Shown piece after piece: positions 24,271-36,598 of a stretch of 64,000 bases of DNA. The stretch spans positions 78,246,001 through 78,310,000 of the forward strand of contig NC_045697.1 in NCBI RefSeq assembly GCF_009834535.1, written 5' to 3'. This DNA is from Camelus ferus. Lineage: Eukaryota. The stretch's first letter is position 1, and every line of letters begins with the position of its first letter. The notes under the pieces were generated by a model, which worked only from the letters and a program-made list of their open reading frames with translations, searched no databases and was not told the origin of the DNA. The position numbers and the translations under genes are program-made.

Positions 24271-27200
24271 ATAAGAATAGTTTCAATAATTTCCTCAAAA
24301 AAATTAGGGATTTTTCTATGATGTCTTCTTTATATGTTTAAGTTCTGGATTCCAAATTCCAAAGATACAGAAAAGCATTGTAGAAAATATAATCCAGTTC
24401 CCAGTTTGTACATAGTTTTCATATCTTTCCAAATAGTTTTAAATCTCTTTTAAGGAAGAAATAAAACAGTATGGATATATTTACATCTCTTTTTCATCCA
24501 CTTTCCCTGCCTCCCTTCTTGCAGGCAGTCACTTTTGTGAGATTAGGGAGCATCCTTCCCATGCGGACTTTTACAGTTGACCACTTCTGTGTGTCTCCAC
24601 AGAATATCGTCATATTTAAGTAACGACTTCTTTTGAAGATTCTCACTGGGAACCCAGGACAGAGTATGAAAACATAATTCAGTAAGAGCAATTAATACAA
24701 AGTACAGCCTCTGTGCGAGAGAAGTGCTTTCTGGCTTCATCCAAAGAAAGAATGTAGGTTTTAAAGCTATGAGAATAGGTGGAAAAATTTTAAAAAAAAG
24801 ATTAGGCAACTTACTGTTTTGGTACTGGCCCAGGAGAAGAATCGGACATGGGAGAATTTAATTTTATATTTAGTGGTTGTAATATTGGAGCCAAATGACA
24901 GTCCTGGTTGTTAGTATGACATTCCAATATGTGGTTTTCCCTTTTTAAAGGAAGACATGTTTACCAGCTTTCACTATGCTCTGTCTTTCGATACTTCTCC
25001 ACTTCAGAGAGAAGCAGCTGCGAGGTGTGAGGTCCCTTTGGGCCAGGGGGAAAGATTTTGATTGAATTATTTTATCCCAGAGCAAAGGAGCAAGGACCTC
25101 AGAGAACAGAGCTGGCCCCAGGAGGAAAAATGGCAAAGGGAGAGAAAGAATCTAGATCAGGGGAAGGGCGGGGAATTGGTCCTGCTAACATCCTGCCCAT
25201 TCTTTCCTCCACTCCCATCGTCTAATTTTCCTACCCTGCTATTTTTCATTCTCCAGAAAATTCTTCCTCCAATTCTATAATGACTCTTATCAGGATTTTC
25301 TGGAAGATATGTGTCCAAACCAGTTCTGGAGAAAATTCAAATGGCTACTAAACATAGAAAATATTTTCAAATGTACTAGGAAGCCAAGAAAAGATAGTTC
25401 AAATGACCATAAAATACCTTGGAAGAGCTTTAAACCTAAGGGGAATTGGTCGGGATGCTTTCAAAAGGACTGCAACTTTATTCAACTCTAAGCAGCTTTA
25501 ATTCTCTAGGTATTTCTTAAGCATAAATTATTCTGATTTGAGGCAATTTTTAAATACCCAAAGTCATACTACCACATATAAAAAAATGAGCATTTGTTGC
25601 ATTTTTCAAAAAGCATTTTGGATTTCAGAATTCCAGGCTTCTAAACGAAGATATCTGCACTGAGTGTGAAGGTAAAATCTTTACTCCATTGCACGTAATC
25701 AGTATTTTCAATAAGCATCCTGAAAATTGTACATTTAACCAGCATAAACCTGTGCAGGATAATGAGAATGTAAACGTTAAAAATGTGGTGACTGGAATAA
25801 TCTACATTGTGTGAACTATGTTTTATTAAACTTTATGTGCAGTCTTTTGCTGATCAAGTTTGACTAGCTGTGGAGGGCAACGTAGGAATTTGGTGGTGGA
25901 GATGGGAGAATGAACCAGAGGGTGTCTTAGGTGGAAGAATACTCTGGACCACTACACTAGATAGCTGTTGATTAGGATCTCCAGTTCTTGGCTAAGGTTG
26001 CCCCATCTCTCTTCTATAAATTCTCACCTATGTGGAGTCATAGTGACAGGCTGTCCATGCCCGTGTCAAGGTGGAAGATGAGCTGCACTGGACTGCGAAG
26101 CTTATTATTGTTATTAATTACTATTATTATTTTGTTTCAGAGCCTTTTTTTTTTGACATGGTCTGAATTCCCAAGGGTAACATGTAGACATTTCAGGATT
26201 TCACTCTATTCTTTTTCTCTCCCTGTTCCCAGAACCTTCTTAGAAAAGTGAACTAAATACAATGCAGGGAACACAATACAGAAAATGTTTAGCATTTCAG
26301 TGATTGTGGAAATGATGCTAACTTTCCCATTTAAAATATGTTTGTTGAAGAGAGAATCTTGTTTCAGTGTGGCCCTGTCCACTTGGTGAGAGCATAGTCC
26401 TTTTTCCATGGCATGCTTGTGTGATACCGAAAAGTCACAACTTGCCCTAAGCTGCGTTTAGGCTTTCAAATTCTCTTTTAAAACTCTGTTTATTTTCATT
26501 AAGCCTCTTCTTTTTAACTCAGGTGACGTATTTGTGTTTAGAAATGTATAACTTTGGCTTCCTTGGCTATTTTCTTCTCATGCGGATTTTCTGCTGATAA
26601 ATGTGCACTAAAGGGCATTTGTATAATTACTTGTTTAATCTGAAAGCGTCGTGCACTTTGTATGCTCCTCAGCACAGTTCCCAGCTCAGGTATTAATAGT
26701 GTTTTTTAATGAGTTGATGAGGTTGATATTGATGGCGATGAAAAGAAAATGAGAATAAAATTAGTACAGTGAGATTTAGGAACAGAGTAGAAGGATGTTT
26801 TTATCTTTACATAAAGTGCTTTGCAGGAAAAGATAAGTTTCAAGCTTTTACCAAAATAGAATATCTGTGGATTTATGGTGTAAATATACTCATGACTACT
26901 AGCTTGTTGACTTGAAACAGGCATAGACTTGATTATAGATGCTGGTTTTGTAGCTATTTATTCTTATAAGACTTGAGAGAAAATCAGCTTGTCTGTATCA
27001 TTTGGTAATCTAAGAATAAAATAATTATTTCTTATAATTCAGAGTTTATAGGGGACCCCTAGAGATTATTTAGTTCTGTTTTTAGATGGACTAGTCAATA
27101 TATTCCAAACAGAAGAAAATATATTTTTGTCTTCTAAAAAGTGTAAATGTTACCAAATAAATTTCTTGATTTTACTCTTTTGGGTATTTGCATAGAAATT

Positions 27201-27519
27201 ATATTTGTGGAGATCTTTGTCTCTATATGTTCCTTAAATATATCATAATATGTTTACATTATAATATTGTTCCTGTCCCCAAGCATGCAGTGAAAACTTT
27301 TGTTATTGCTATATATTGTAGGTTAGTTTTATTTTTTCTGAACCTGCCATGATTACTGGTCTATTGGCCTTGTTACTTGGGTCTGCAGTATCTACATTTT
27401 TTTCCCTTCTATTTTTCCATAAGGTGATCTAGAACCTAGCCTAGGACCTCAAAAGCTAAGCTGAATATCTGGATGAATTGATCTGGTTTTCTTGCCACAT
27501 TTTTCTGTTCTTTGTTAGA

Positions 27520-27700
27520 AGATTTTGCTCAAAAGTGGGACATCTACACTTGAATCACATGGCATGACTGTGAAAAGTGAATGTATCAGGGCTCTGCCAT
27601 AGGTTTGTTGGAATCAGAATGTGTGGTGGTGGGATCAGGGAATATGCATTTTAACAGACTCCCTAGGGGATTCGTGCATGTTCACGTGAAGGACGGCTGG
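27520..27700. mobile_element. MER5-like DNA transposon
   Basis: gaatcacatgg...gaatcagaatgtgtggtggtggga...gaatatgcattttaacagactccctaggggatt. Confidence 0.7.
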
Positions 27701-28169
27701 ATGACAGGTAATCCCTTGTCCTGCTTTTACAGTCTTTAATTCCGGCCACAAAAGTATAGTTGATTATTAATACAGCCTCTTAGACTCCAGCCAATCCATA
27801 GAGATGAAATCTTGAATAGAAATATTGCACTAGATTGAGCTGGGGTTTGCTCATCTGTCTTGAAGTTCATATTAAATGACATCTGAGGCCTCTGTAGGGT
27901 GAGCGGGGCTGGAGCTAGCGGGACAGCCTTTCCGTCACAGTTACTTTGTCCCAACCTCCAACTAGATGTACTTTGGCTTATTCCTAACTTATTCTTTCTA
28001 GCTCAGTTGGGAAGCCATCAGAACGTTCTGGGTCTGCTCACTATCAACCTTGGAATGGAATGTGGCACTTTCTCTGAGAAATGACTGTGAATACATTAGG
28101 GCAGTGGTACCATAGGGAACATATTAGTTCTTCAACTTCCTCCCAGCCAAGCTAGACATTTACATGTAC

Positions 28170-29040
28170 ATACATTTACTCTTTCCAAATTTTCCCCTTC
28201 CCTTAAAATGGAAAAAGTGATGTTACCCATGTCCTCTTAACTAGGGCTCTTCCCTCCCTCATGCCCTAAATCCCATTTTTCCCACTTCCTGGGTGAATTT
28301 GATTTATCGATTATCTCCATTTCTTCTTATGGGCTTCTCCTTCTCAGATTTTTTACCATGCCCAAATCTTCCTCATCTTCTCTGAAGCCCCCTATTTCTC
28401 CCTTCTGCTAATGGTCCAACTCAATGAAAACATTATCTATGCTCTCACCTCACTTCCACATTCTCCACTTTTCCCCTTGGTCCACTATAGTTTGATTTTA
28501 AGGCCATCATGAAAGCTGTTTTGCCAGTTACCAAAGGTCTTTTTATGCTAAACCGGATAGACACTGCTCAGTCTGCTTCTTATTTGTTATCTTGGCAGCA
28601 CGTGATGCCACTGACTATTTCCTCTGTCCTGAAATACTGCCTTCTTACCAAAGGGGCACCATTAGCCCTCCCCTCCCTCATCTGCCACTCTGCTTCTCAT
28701 CCTGGCCCCACCACACATTATTTCAGCTCTTTGAGTAACACAGACTCTCACCTGAACCTTCTCGTTTGCCCTTTCGTCTACCTAGAACTGTTTCTTTCCT
28801 CTTACTTTGATGTCTTCGACCTATCCTTGAATTCCCCTTCCATGTCATGTTCTCTATTTCTTCACATCTGGATAAGTTGCTCCTTCTATTTTCTCTCATG
28901 AGATTCCTTACATGGCAGTTTTTTCCACTGAAATTGAATTACTCATTTGTCTACATTCCTCATTAGGCATAAACAATCTTAGGCTAAAGATTGTCAAGTG
29001 TTTCAGTGGCTTTTCTCCAGTGCCTTGTAACCTATGATAG
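28170..29040 (+). mobile_element. fragmented L2 LINE
   Basis: Pyrimidine-rich L2 RT-region remnants: gctgttttgccagttaccaa, ggcagcacgtgatgccactgactatttcctctgtcctgaaatact, ttgcccttt...ctagaactgt. Confidence 0.55.
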
Positions 29041-29120
29041 TGACAAGCATGGGGGTCAAACAGGGGCATAAACAATATACACTGGATAAATAGAAATACA
29101 TATACACATGCACATACACT

Positions 29121-29153
29121 TGCGCGCGCGCGCACACACACACACACACACAT
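29121..29153. repeat. compound (CG)5(CA)10 microsatellite
   Basis: tg(cg)5(ca)10t read directly. Confidence 0.97.
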
Positions 29154-29269
29154 CTATGGTCCTATGGATATTGTGGGAAACCTAATTGAATATGTGACAA
29201 CATTTCATCTCTAGGCTATAGTTCTTAATTGGGACGATATGTTCACAAAGATTGCAATAAGTGACAGTA

Positions 29270-29540
29270 AATGCCTGGAGAAAAATGGATGATAAAAATA
29301 TACATTTTAAGAAAAGGGCAATTGCACAAGCAGCTGAGGTGAGCAGTGTACAGAGGAAAAAATTTGCTTTAAACTTAACCTTAAAGGGTCATATGATTTT
29401 TGATAGAGAAATATGGGAAGAAGGCATTTCCTTAGAAAGGAACCAGTGGGAGAGAAAAAGGAACAAAATTGAGAGAGAGTGACAAGCCAGGTATTCAGCT
29501 GGAGCCGACAGGTCTGGGCAAGAATAAAAGAAAATACTGG
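29270..29540 (-). mobile_element. L2 fragment
   Basis: Purine-rich antisense L2 pattern gggaagaaggcatttccttagaaaggaaccag. Confidence 0.45.
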
Positions 29541-31059
29541 GAAAGTTGGCAGGTTATAGACATTTGTAAAAGGATAAAAAATAAAGGGTTTAAATTTTAG
29601 TAAGTGGGAAACCACTAAAAAATTGAACTTCATATTTTCCCCACACACTAACATAAAATATAAAATTATTGATCATATTTGCTTTTTCCCTTAAACATGT
29701 AGTCATTAATGCAACCGACTTCAGCTAGTATCTGAGCATCAACTCTAACAGAAATCACGTATCTCAGAGTTCTCTTTCTATGTAAATTATCACATGCTGC
29801 TTCTGTAAATGAAATGATTGTCCTGGACAATTTATTGTTTTGCTGTTTAAAATTTTCAATTAAAAATTTTTAAAAACTTACCATGATGTCTAACCACTGC
29901 AGGTATTCTTGCAATAGTGTCTCTGTTTTAACTGACAATTACATAGTATGATCAGAGAATTGAATTAACATGAAACACAGCATTTCAGATAATTAGGGAA
30001 TTGTTGAATGAATAGAGATCTAATTTGGATTCCTGCAACACGTACATTCTCCTTTGGAACATTGCACTAAATCATAAATTTTTGCGGTCCCTCCACAGGT
30101 TTCATGTTTAAGCCTATTTGAATTCACTTTGTATTATTATTTATATGTCAGCTGGGTGGTTTACTAAACTTAGTTATACCCTTAAACACTAACTATCTTC
30201 TCATAATTGATTTAAATGTAATGTTAAAACACAAGTTTAGTTACTTTGCGTATTTTTATTTTATATTTAGAGGTGTTGATAGTCTGTTGATAAGGAATAG
30301 CCTCAGATGCAGCTTGACTGAGTAATTTTATTCTTTTAATGTTGGTCTAGTCGAATTCCAAGAGTAGTTGATTCAAACCATTTCCTTAGTCTTTGTGCTC
30401 TCAACCCCACAATCACTTCTCTGCCCCCCTGAAAGATGCCCTTCTCTGTTCCTGAGAAATTCAGCACAAATATTTTCCTGGATCCTCCCAAGGAAACCCA
30501 CTTATGGTGCTTCTTGAAAGACCAGCTTTTGGATGCCTGCTATGGTAGTGCTGTCCAATATTAGCCATGAAAGGCTACAAAATGCACCAACTCAATGAAA
30601 ATGCATTTCCTCCCCTTTCTTAAAAACCCACCTCCCACCCCAAGCCCTGGAACACTCGGAGGTGGGAAGGAGAGAAGGCAAGGGAACGCAGAAGGGCAGC
30701 TGCCATTATCTTTTCCCAGAGACGCTGCTCAGGCTGGAGCTGGGGTGAGGAGGGATGATTTGGAATGGAACTTAAAGTTTTAAATTAAATTCATTTAAAG
30801 CTTAAAAAGTCTAAAGTGAATCTTAATTGCCCAAATGATTATCGTTTTAGCTGAAAATGCCTGGATAGCTACTGGCATATACTAAAAACATGAGATTTGG
30901 AAGAGCATCTTCCAAATGTTTTCTGTTTGTATCCCATCCAGTTCAGTCCATTTAATTTGTCTATAATGATACAATGCTTGGTACATGAGAGTTATTTTCG
31001 TAATTACATAACTGAAAAAAAAAATCAACTTCCAAATCACCTTAATTCTTCCCACTCTC

Positions 31060-31148
31060 TTCTAGTTCCTCCCTGTTTTCCTTCCTCTTCCCTTCCTTCT
31101 TCCCTCCCTTTTTTTCCTTCCTTCTTTACTTTTTCCTTCCATCCTTCC
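31060..31148. repeat. (TTCC/CCTT)-rich low-complexity tract at an L2 tail
   Basis: About 85 nt of nearly pure pyrimidine directly abutting the L2 3' end. Confidence 0.8.
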
Positions 31149-32620
31149 AAAAATACGGAGACCATGCTTTCTTTCAGGCACTGTACTGTCAGGAATACAC
31201 AAAGGAAAAAGACAGAAACAATCTTTGCCCTCATTGAGTTTATATTCTAGTATCAAAAAATAAACAGTTACTAATGGCTTTGAGCTGACATTGAATGAAT
31301 TGAGGGGGCATGCCATTAGAATATTTAGTAAAGAATACTTCATGCAGAGGGAAAAATAAATATAAAGACACTTCAGCAAGAGTGTGATCACCATCCTTGA
31401 GGAAGAGCAAAAGCCCAAAGAGATATGGGAAAAGTGATAGGAGAAAAAATTAGGAATGTGAGGCTAGAGGGGTAGATGTTGTAGAACCTTGGGTCTTTAG
31501 GTCTTATTCTAAGTGTGATAGAAAGCCATTGGATGGTTCCAATTAGTGATACAATTTGATTTGGGTTCTAAGTATAAATAGATCCTGGGGAGACAAAAGT
31601 GGAAGCCAGATGAAGAGATTGGAAGCTCTATTAGTAGTTCAGGCAAGAGATGCTAAATCTTGTTGAGATATGATGAGAATTTATTGGATTCTGGTTATGC
31701 TTTGAAGATGGAGCTGACAGAATTTGCTGATGGGCTAGATGCAAGATACGCAAAATAGAAGTCAAGGATAATTCTCAAGATTGTCTGTTTATGTACTCGT
31801 TTGTTTTCAAGAGTAATTGGCAGAATCTTGGTGTCACTTACTGTAATACAAAAGATCTCAGAAAGAGCAGATTTGGGGGAAAAATCAAGAGTTCAGTTTG
31901 TGTTATGTTAAATTTGAGATGCCTATTAAACATGCTACTTGAGGTATAGGGGTCTGGAGTTAAGAGGAGAGTTAGAATATAAGATATAAATATGGGAGTT
32001 GCTAGTTTATGGTTGGTATTTAAAGCCAAATGATTGCAGTTGACCACCTAGGGATCAAGGAGATAGAAAAGAGGGTAAAGAAGCATGCTTGGCTAATTTC
32101 AGCAGTTAGAGAAGGGAAAGGTGACACATCTATCAATGGAAGTTGAGAAAGTGTGCCCAGTGATTTCCTAAAAGCCAAGTAAAGGAAATGTCTCAAAAAA
32201 GGTGAATGTAATCAATTGTTAAAGTCCACTAAGAGATTGTTGGATGAAGATTAACTGAGTGCTATTGGATTTATAAACATGGACATCATTGGTGACTTTG
32301 ATGAAAGGGGTTTCAGAGTTGGTAGAGTTGAAATCTTGACTAAGGTCAGTTCAGTGGGGAATGGGAAGATTGGAAGTAGGGAAGCCAATGGACAATCCTC
32401 ACAGGTAGACTAAGGAGAGACTGGAATGAGTTGCAGAGAAGTGAAGTGGAAGCTGCAGCTGATGAGGGAATCAAAAAAAGACTTGTTTTTAAATGAGTAA
32501 TATTACAAAATGTTTGCATGCTGGTGGGAATCATGATGTGGGAGAGGAAGGGACAATTACAGAAACAAAATAGGTAAAAGGGTAAAAGGGAGATGAAATA
32601 CAATGAGTAGTATGGTCTTT
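31140..32620 (-). mobile_element. L2 LINE, about 1.5 kb
   Basis: Colinear antisense L2: caggcactgtact...tgccctcattgagtttatattctag, gaaagccattgga, gagctgacagaatttgctgatgg, caagagttcagtttgtgttatgttaaatttgagatgcctatta, aagccaagtaaagga, catcattggtgactttga. Confidence 0.9.
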
Positions 32621-32659
32621 GATGTGAACAATGACATCAGTTGTGTCCTGCATAAACCA

Positions 32660-32760
32660 GAATAATACAGATGCTGTATACATGCTGTTAAGAGTATCAG
32701 GTCATGCAGACCATGGGAAAGCCCTTTGCCAATGGAAAACTACTTATGAATGTAAAGGCT
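32660..32760 (+). mobile_element. MIR 3' fragment
   Basis: atgggaaagccctttgccaatggaaaactacttatgaatgtaa resembles the MIRc/MIR3 tail. Confidence 0.4.
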
Positions 32761-32909
32761 TGGATTTAGTTGAGTCATATTTATTGATCACATCATCATG
32801 TCACCTATCCCTGAAAGATTCATTGGAATATGGATCTGCTGGGAGAAAGTAGCAGAAGCCTATATTCTTACATTTTTATTTGAATACATAGCTTTTAGAT
32901 AATTAGATC

Positions 32910-33060
32910 AGTAACATGTACTGGAGCATCTCTGATGTACCAGTGACTGATTCTGGACCTGGGGATACAGAGACAAAAAAGACAAAGTCACTGCCCAGAA
33001 GGATCTTCCATTCTACAACAGGGAGACCATGGATAGACATATGAATAAATAAATAAGTTA
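32910..33060 (-). mobile_element. L2 3' end fragment
   Basis: ctggggatacagagacaaaaaagacaaagtcactgccc...ttcta is the antisense L2 terminus. Confidence 0.65.
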
Positions 33061-33194
33061 TTTTCTGGTGACACTCGTTAAAAATGTAATAGGGAGACAC
33101 CAACCTCATTCCTCTGAGATTAAAGTTGTTATATATGGGGCCCATGTACTCCAGAAAGACAGAAAATATTCTCATCACAGTGAGAGTAATTATC

Positions 33195-33345
33195 CCTCAT
33201 TCTCACAAACTTGTGAGACAGGTGAATCGAGACAGAAATAATTCCCACTTTTCAGATGAGGAAGTGCCATTTCAGGGAATTAGGTACAAGCTGTAAAGGG
33301 AGGGCTCAAATACAGATATTTTGGCTTCAAGCTTATTGCTCTCTT
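33195..33345 (-). mobile_element. MIR SINE
   Basis: ctcacaaacttgtgagacagg...cccacttttcagatgaggaa (antisense MIR core). Confidence 0.7.
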
Positions 33346-36300
33346 AATGATGAATGTTTGTATAATAAATTAAATATGCTTATTATCCACTTCAAGATCA
33401 TCATATATATTAAAAAACAAACAGAATTATAAGCATACAAGGATTAACATCTTTCAGATTTCAATAAGATCTAGGAAGTTTAGGTCTGTACTTCTCAAGA
33501 AAAATGCAAAACTTTGTACTATTGATCAATCTTCTGTAATGACACCCTTTTAGGTTGTGTGAAATTTGTTTTTTTACATCATGTTTTAAATGATTTCCTT
33601 TTACTACCTTTATTCTTTATTATGTAGCTTAAACATTAATATGTGCTGAGGGAAAAGTCATTTATAAAGTCTTTTTTTCCCCCCAGACTATAGAGAAAGA
33701 TTTTCCTAAAAAAAGAGATAAATATTTTAAACTAATACCTTATAAAATTTCACTTTGGAAACATGAAACCATTTGGGGCATATAAATGTGCCTTACAAGC
33801 CTGTTGGCTAAGCAACTCCAAAGCCACAGATTCCTTGTTAACTAAATGCTAAAGCAATGGATAAAAAAAAGTATGATTGCTTTAATGCCTTCTTTTTCCT
33901 TGTACTTCAACTAGGCAACAATTTGGATCTGAAAGACAATTTTATCTTTTAAGCTCCTGAAAATTTTGAGTCATTGGTACTTGTGCCGCCAATTAGATGC
34001 AATAGAATTTTGAAATTTATTTTCCAAACCTGATTGTGGTAAAATTAAATAAAGCCTTAACTATTAAAAATGTGATTTTTCTAAAAAGGACTCTGTGTAA
34101 CATTCTAGGCTGCCTTTCTTTCTCCCCGTTTTGCAGATGTAAGCTCCGGGTTTTTAAATGCTTTGACAGATGTGAAAATGTACAGTGTTTATGATGATGA
34201 TGGAGAGGAATATAGTCACTTCAGGAATATGAAGCAACTGAGAATCAAATGGCTTAATACTGACTTTTTTTAGGGGATTCCAGACTTTTGGTAATCTTCT
34301 GCATAAACTTCAGGGACGTCAAGTATCACAAGGAGTGTCTAAAATCTTCGTCTGAAAGTCTTTTTGTTCTTAACTGTCAGAGAATATAAAAAATCAGCTG
34401 TGGTATTTTCAGAACGATCCAATTTCAAATGCCCTTTTATTCAGGGCTTTTATGACCAGTTGCTTGACAACATATAGTAGACATGGTTACTTAGAGTGAA
34501 TATTCCTGTGCTATTGGTGTCGGCCTGTTCGTCTGGACTTACGCTGATACACGGTCGTTCCCAACCTACAGATCTTAAACTGACTGTACTCTTTTGCATT
34601 TTCACCAATATTAGAGATTTTTGTAACTGAAAAAAAAATTCTGTTACACACTCTTTGAAATGTATTTTGAGACAAGTGTTAGTTCCTAGAGGTGTACTGT
34701 GTGGGGTGTGCTTTAACAGAGATTTGCTATTTTTTAGCCATTAAACACTCTATATGCAAACTTAAGCTTAGAAAAAAAATCTCCTCTGTTCCTGTATTAA
34801 TCTGAATATTTGATTATTTTTATTAACAACAATAATTTTTGTTGTTATAAATAAGCCGAAGTTTTCAAAATATAAGCATTATAAAATAGATCATTTAAAA
34901 TATCATGAATAATTATTGCATAATTTCAAATTTATTCAATACTAACCATGATCTTTAACCTCCTTGTTTGGCTTTTATATCTGTTTTGTTAGCTCAGGCA
35001 GTGTTAGGGATATACATATATACATACACACATTTTGGCTTCTCTACATGTATAAATTTCTATAGGATATTTTGTACACATAGGTATATAAAATAACATA
35101 TGCTTATAGTATGGTCACATAATATGTCTAATATCTGGAGCACATTGGAGAAAGTTACCCATATAAATATTTTTCACTAATTTTGCTTAGTATGCCATCT
35201 TAATCATTGTTCTAGGAGAGAATAGATTAATAATACAATAGATCAAGAGTAGAAGAAAAATGTAAGATTCTCTCAACATAAAAATTTATGCAAATAATTA
35301 AATATAAAACAACCACTTACTAGATCTTCTAGTTTAGCAAACACCTTAAAGCCAAATGTTTAGACTCTAAACTTGGCGGAGAGAGTGATTTAGAAGATGG
35401 TTCCAGGTTAAAACAGTTGTATGTTTGAACTAAAAATAATGTGCATGGGGGTCCTAAGCAATTGTAAAGGATTATTTTTTCCTTTTAAGAAAAACACCAC
35501 CTTGTGGATCACCAAGTCTAGATTTGTACAAAGAAAAACTAGTTCAGGGCTGAGACCGAGAGCTGATACATTTCAAGGAGGACCGGCCGGCTGCACTTGT
35601 GAGCGGTGACAGATCTCTGTGAAATATAATCCTGATTAAAAATGCATGTGTGAAACCTCTTCGAATAAAGCGCTATGTCCAACAGCGTTTTCTGAGCTCC
35701 CGCATGTAAGAAGGGAAGACTAACGTAGCTCCTCTTGCTCTATTTACCCCATCATTTGCTGGCTACTTTACGTTTTTAAATTGTCTCTATCTATGATTTA
35801 GAACTAGGTAGAGCTGTATTTTTCTGTAAAAAAATATAATAATTGATGCTAGTGAATTTAGAAATTCAGAAATTCAAGGCACATGCATCCATACACAGAC
35901 TTTTTATAAATACGTCCATATCAAAGTAATGCACTAAGTGATGGAAAATAGTGATTTGGATGAACATCAATGACTGTGATATTTCGGACTCCACTATTGC
36001 TAAGTCATGTCGAAGAAAAAGAAGCATATGTGTGCAACTACTTCACACAGATTAGCAACTCTATTGTTGCAAGTCTATTACTCTTGCAGAGCCAAAGCTT
36101 TAATCAACTACTGAACAATTTTGAGTGTGTGTATAAACCAATTTTCTTCATTTGGGTCCAGATTTGAGAGAATTCAGGTACAAAGCTTGAGAGGCTTCTA
36201 AAACAGAGATGAGGTACATCTGTCTAGTCAAAAATAAAAACAACTACTGCAACGGGGGAGGTGCCTAGTAAAATCTAAGCACGCCAAGTTGCCTCTGTGC

Positions 36301-36541
36301 CCATGTGCTCGTTACAACTCTGTGTGATTTTGATCCTGCGATTATGGCTTTGAATGCCTAATTATGGCCATGTCTTTTGTTGGGACCTAGAAGATGGGCA
36401 TAAACCAGGCAGATCTTCCTTTCTTTAAAACCTCAGGAAATAAAGCATTGGGGAGAAAAATCTATAAAATGACCCAGTGGAGTAACATCGAGTGTGATCA
36501 ATGTTTGGACTCACACTTCTCTAGCTAGTTGTGTAACTGTA

Positions 36542-36598
36542 ACACACACAGACAGACATGCACACACACACAGACAAAAAAAATATATATATATATAT
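36542..36598. repeat. imperfect (CA)n followed by poly-A and (AT)n
   Basis: acacacacagacagacatgcacacacacacagac aaaaaa atatatatatatatat. Confidence 0.85.

Noticed and set aside
28509..28901. Longest ORF in the track (130 aa)
   Set aside because: Lies in decayed L2 sequence, with Ser/Leu/Pro-biased composition and no recognisable domain.
29882..29931. Minus-strand segment ending ATG|gtaagt with open frame KTETLLQEYLQWLDIM
   Set aside because: Good donor, but both possible acceptors lack a pyrimidine tract.
30897..31418. Overlapping 117 and 118 aa ORFs
   Set aside because: Produced by the stop-poor pyrimidine tract and the L2 tail.
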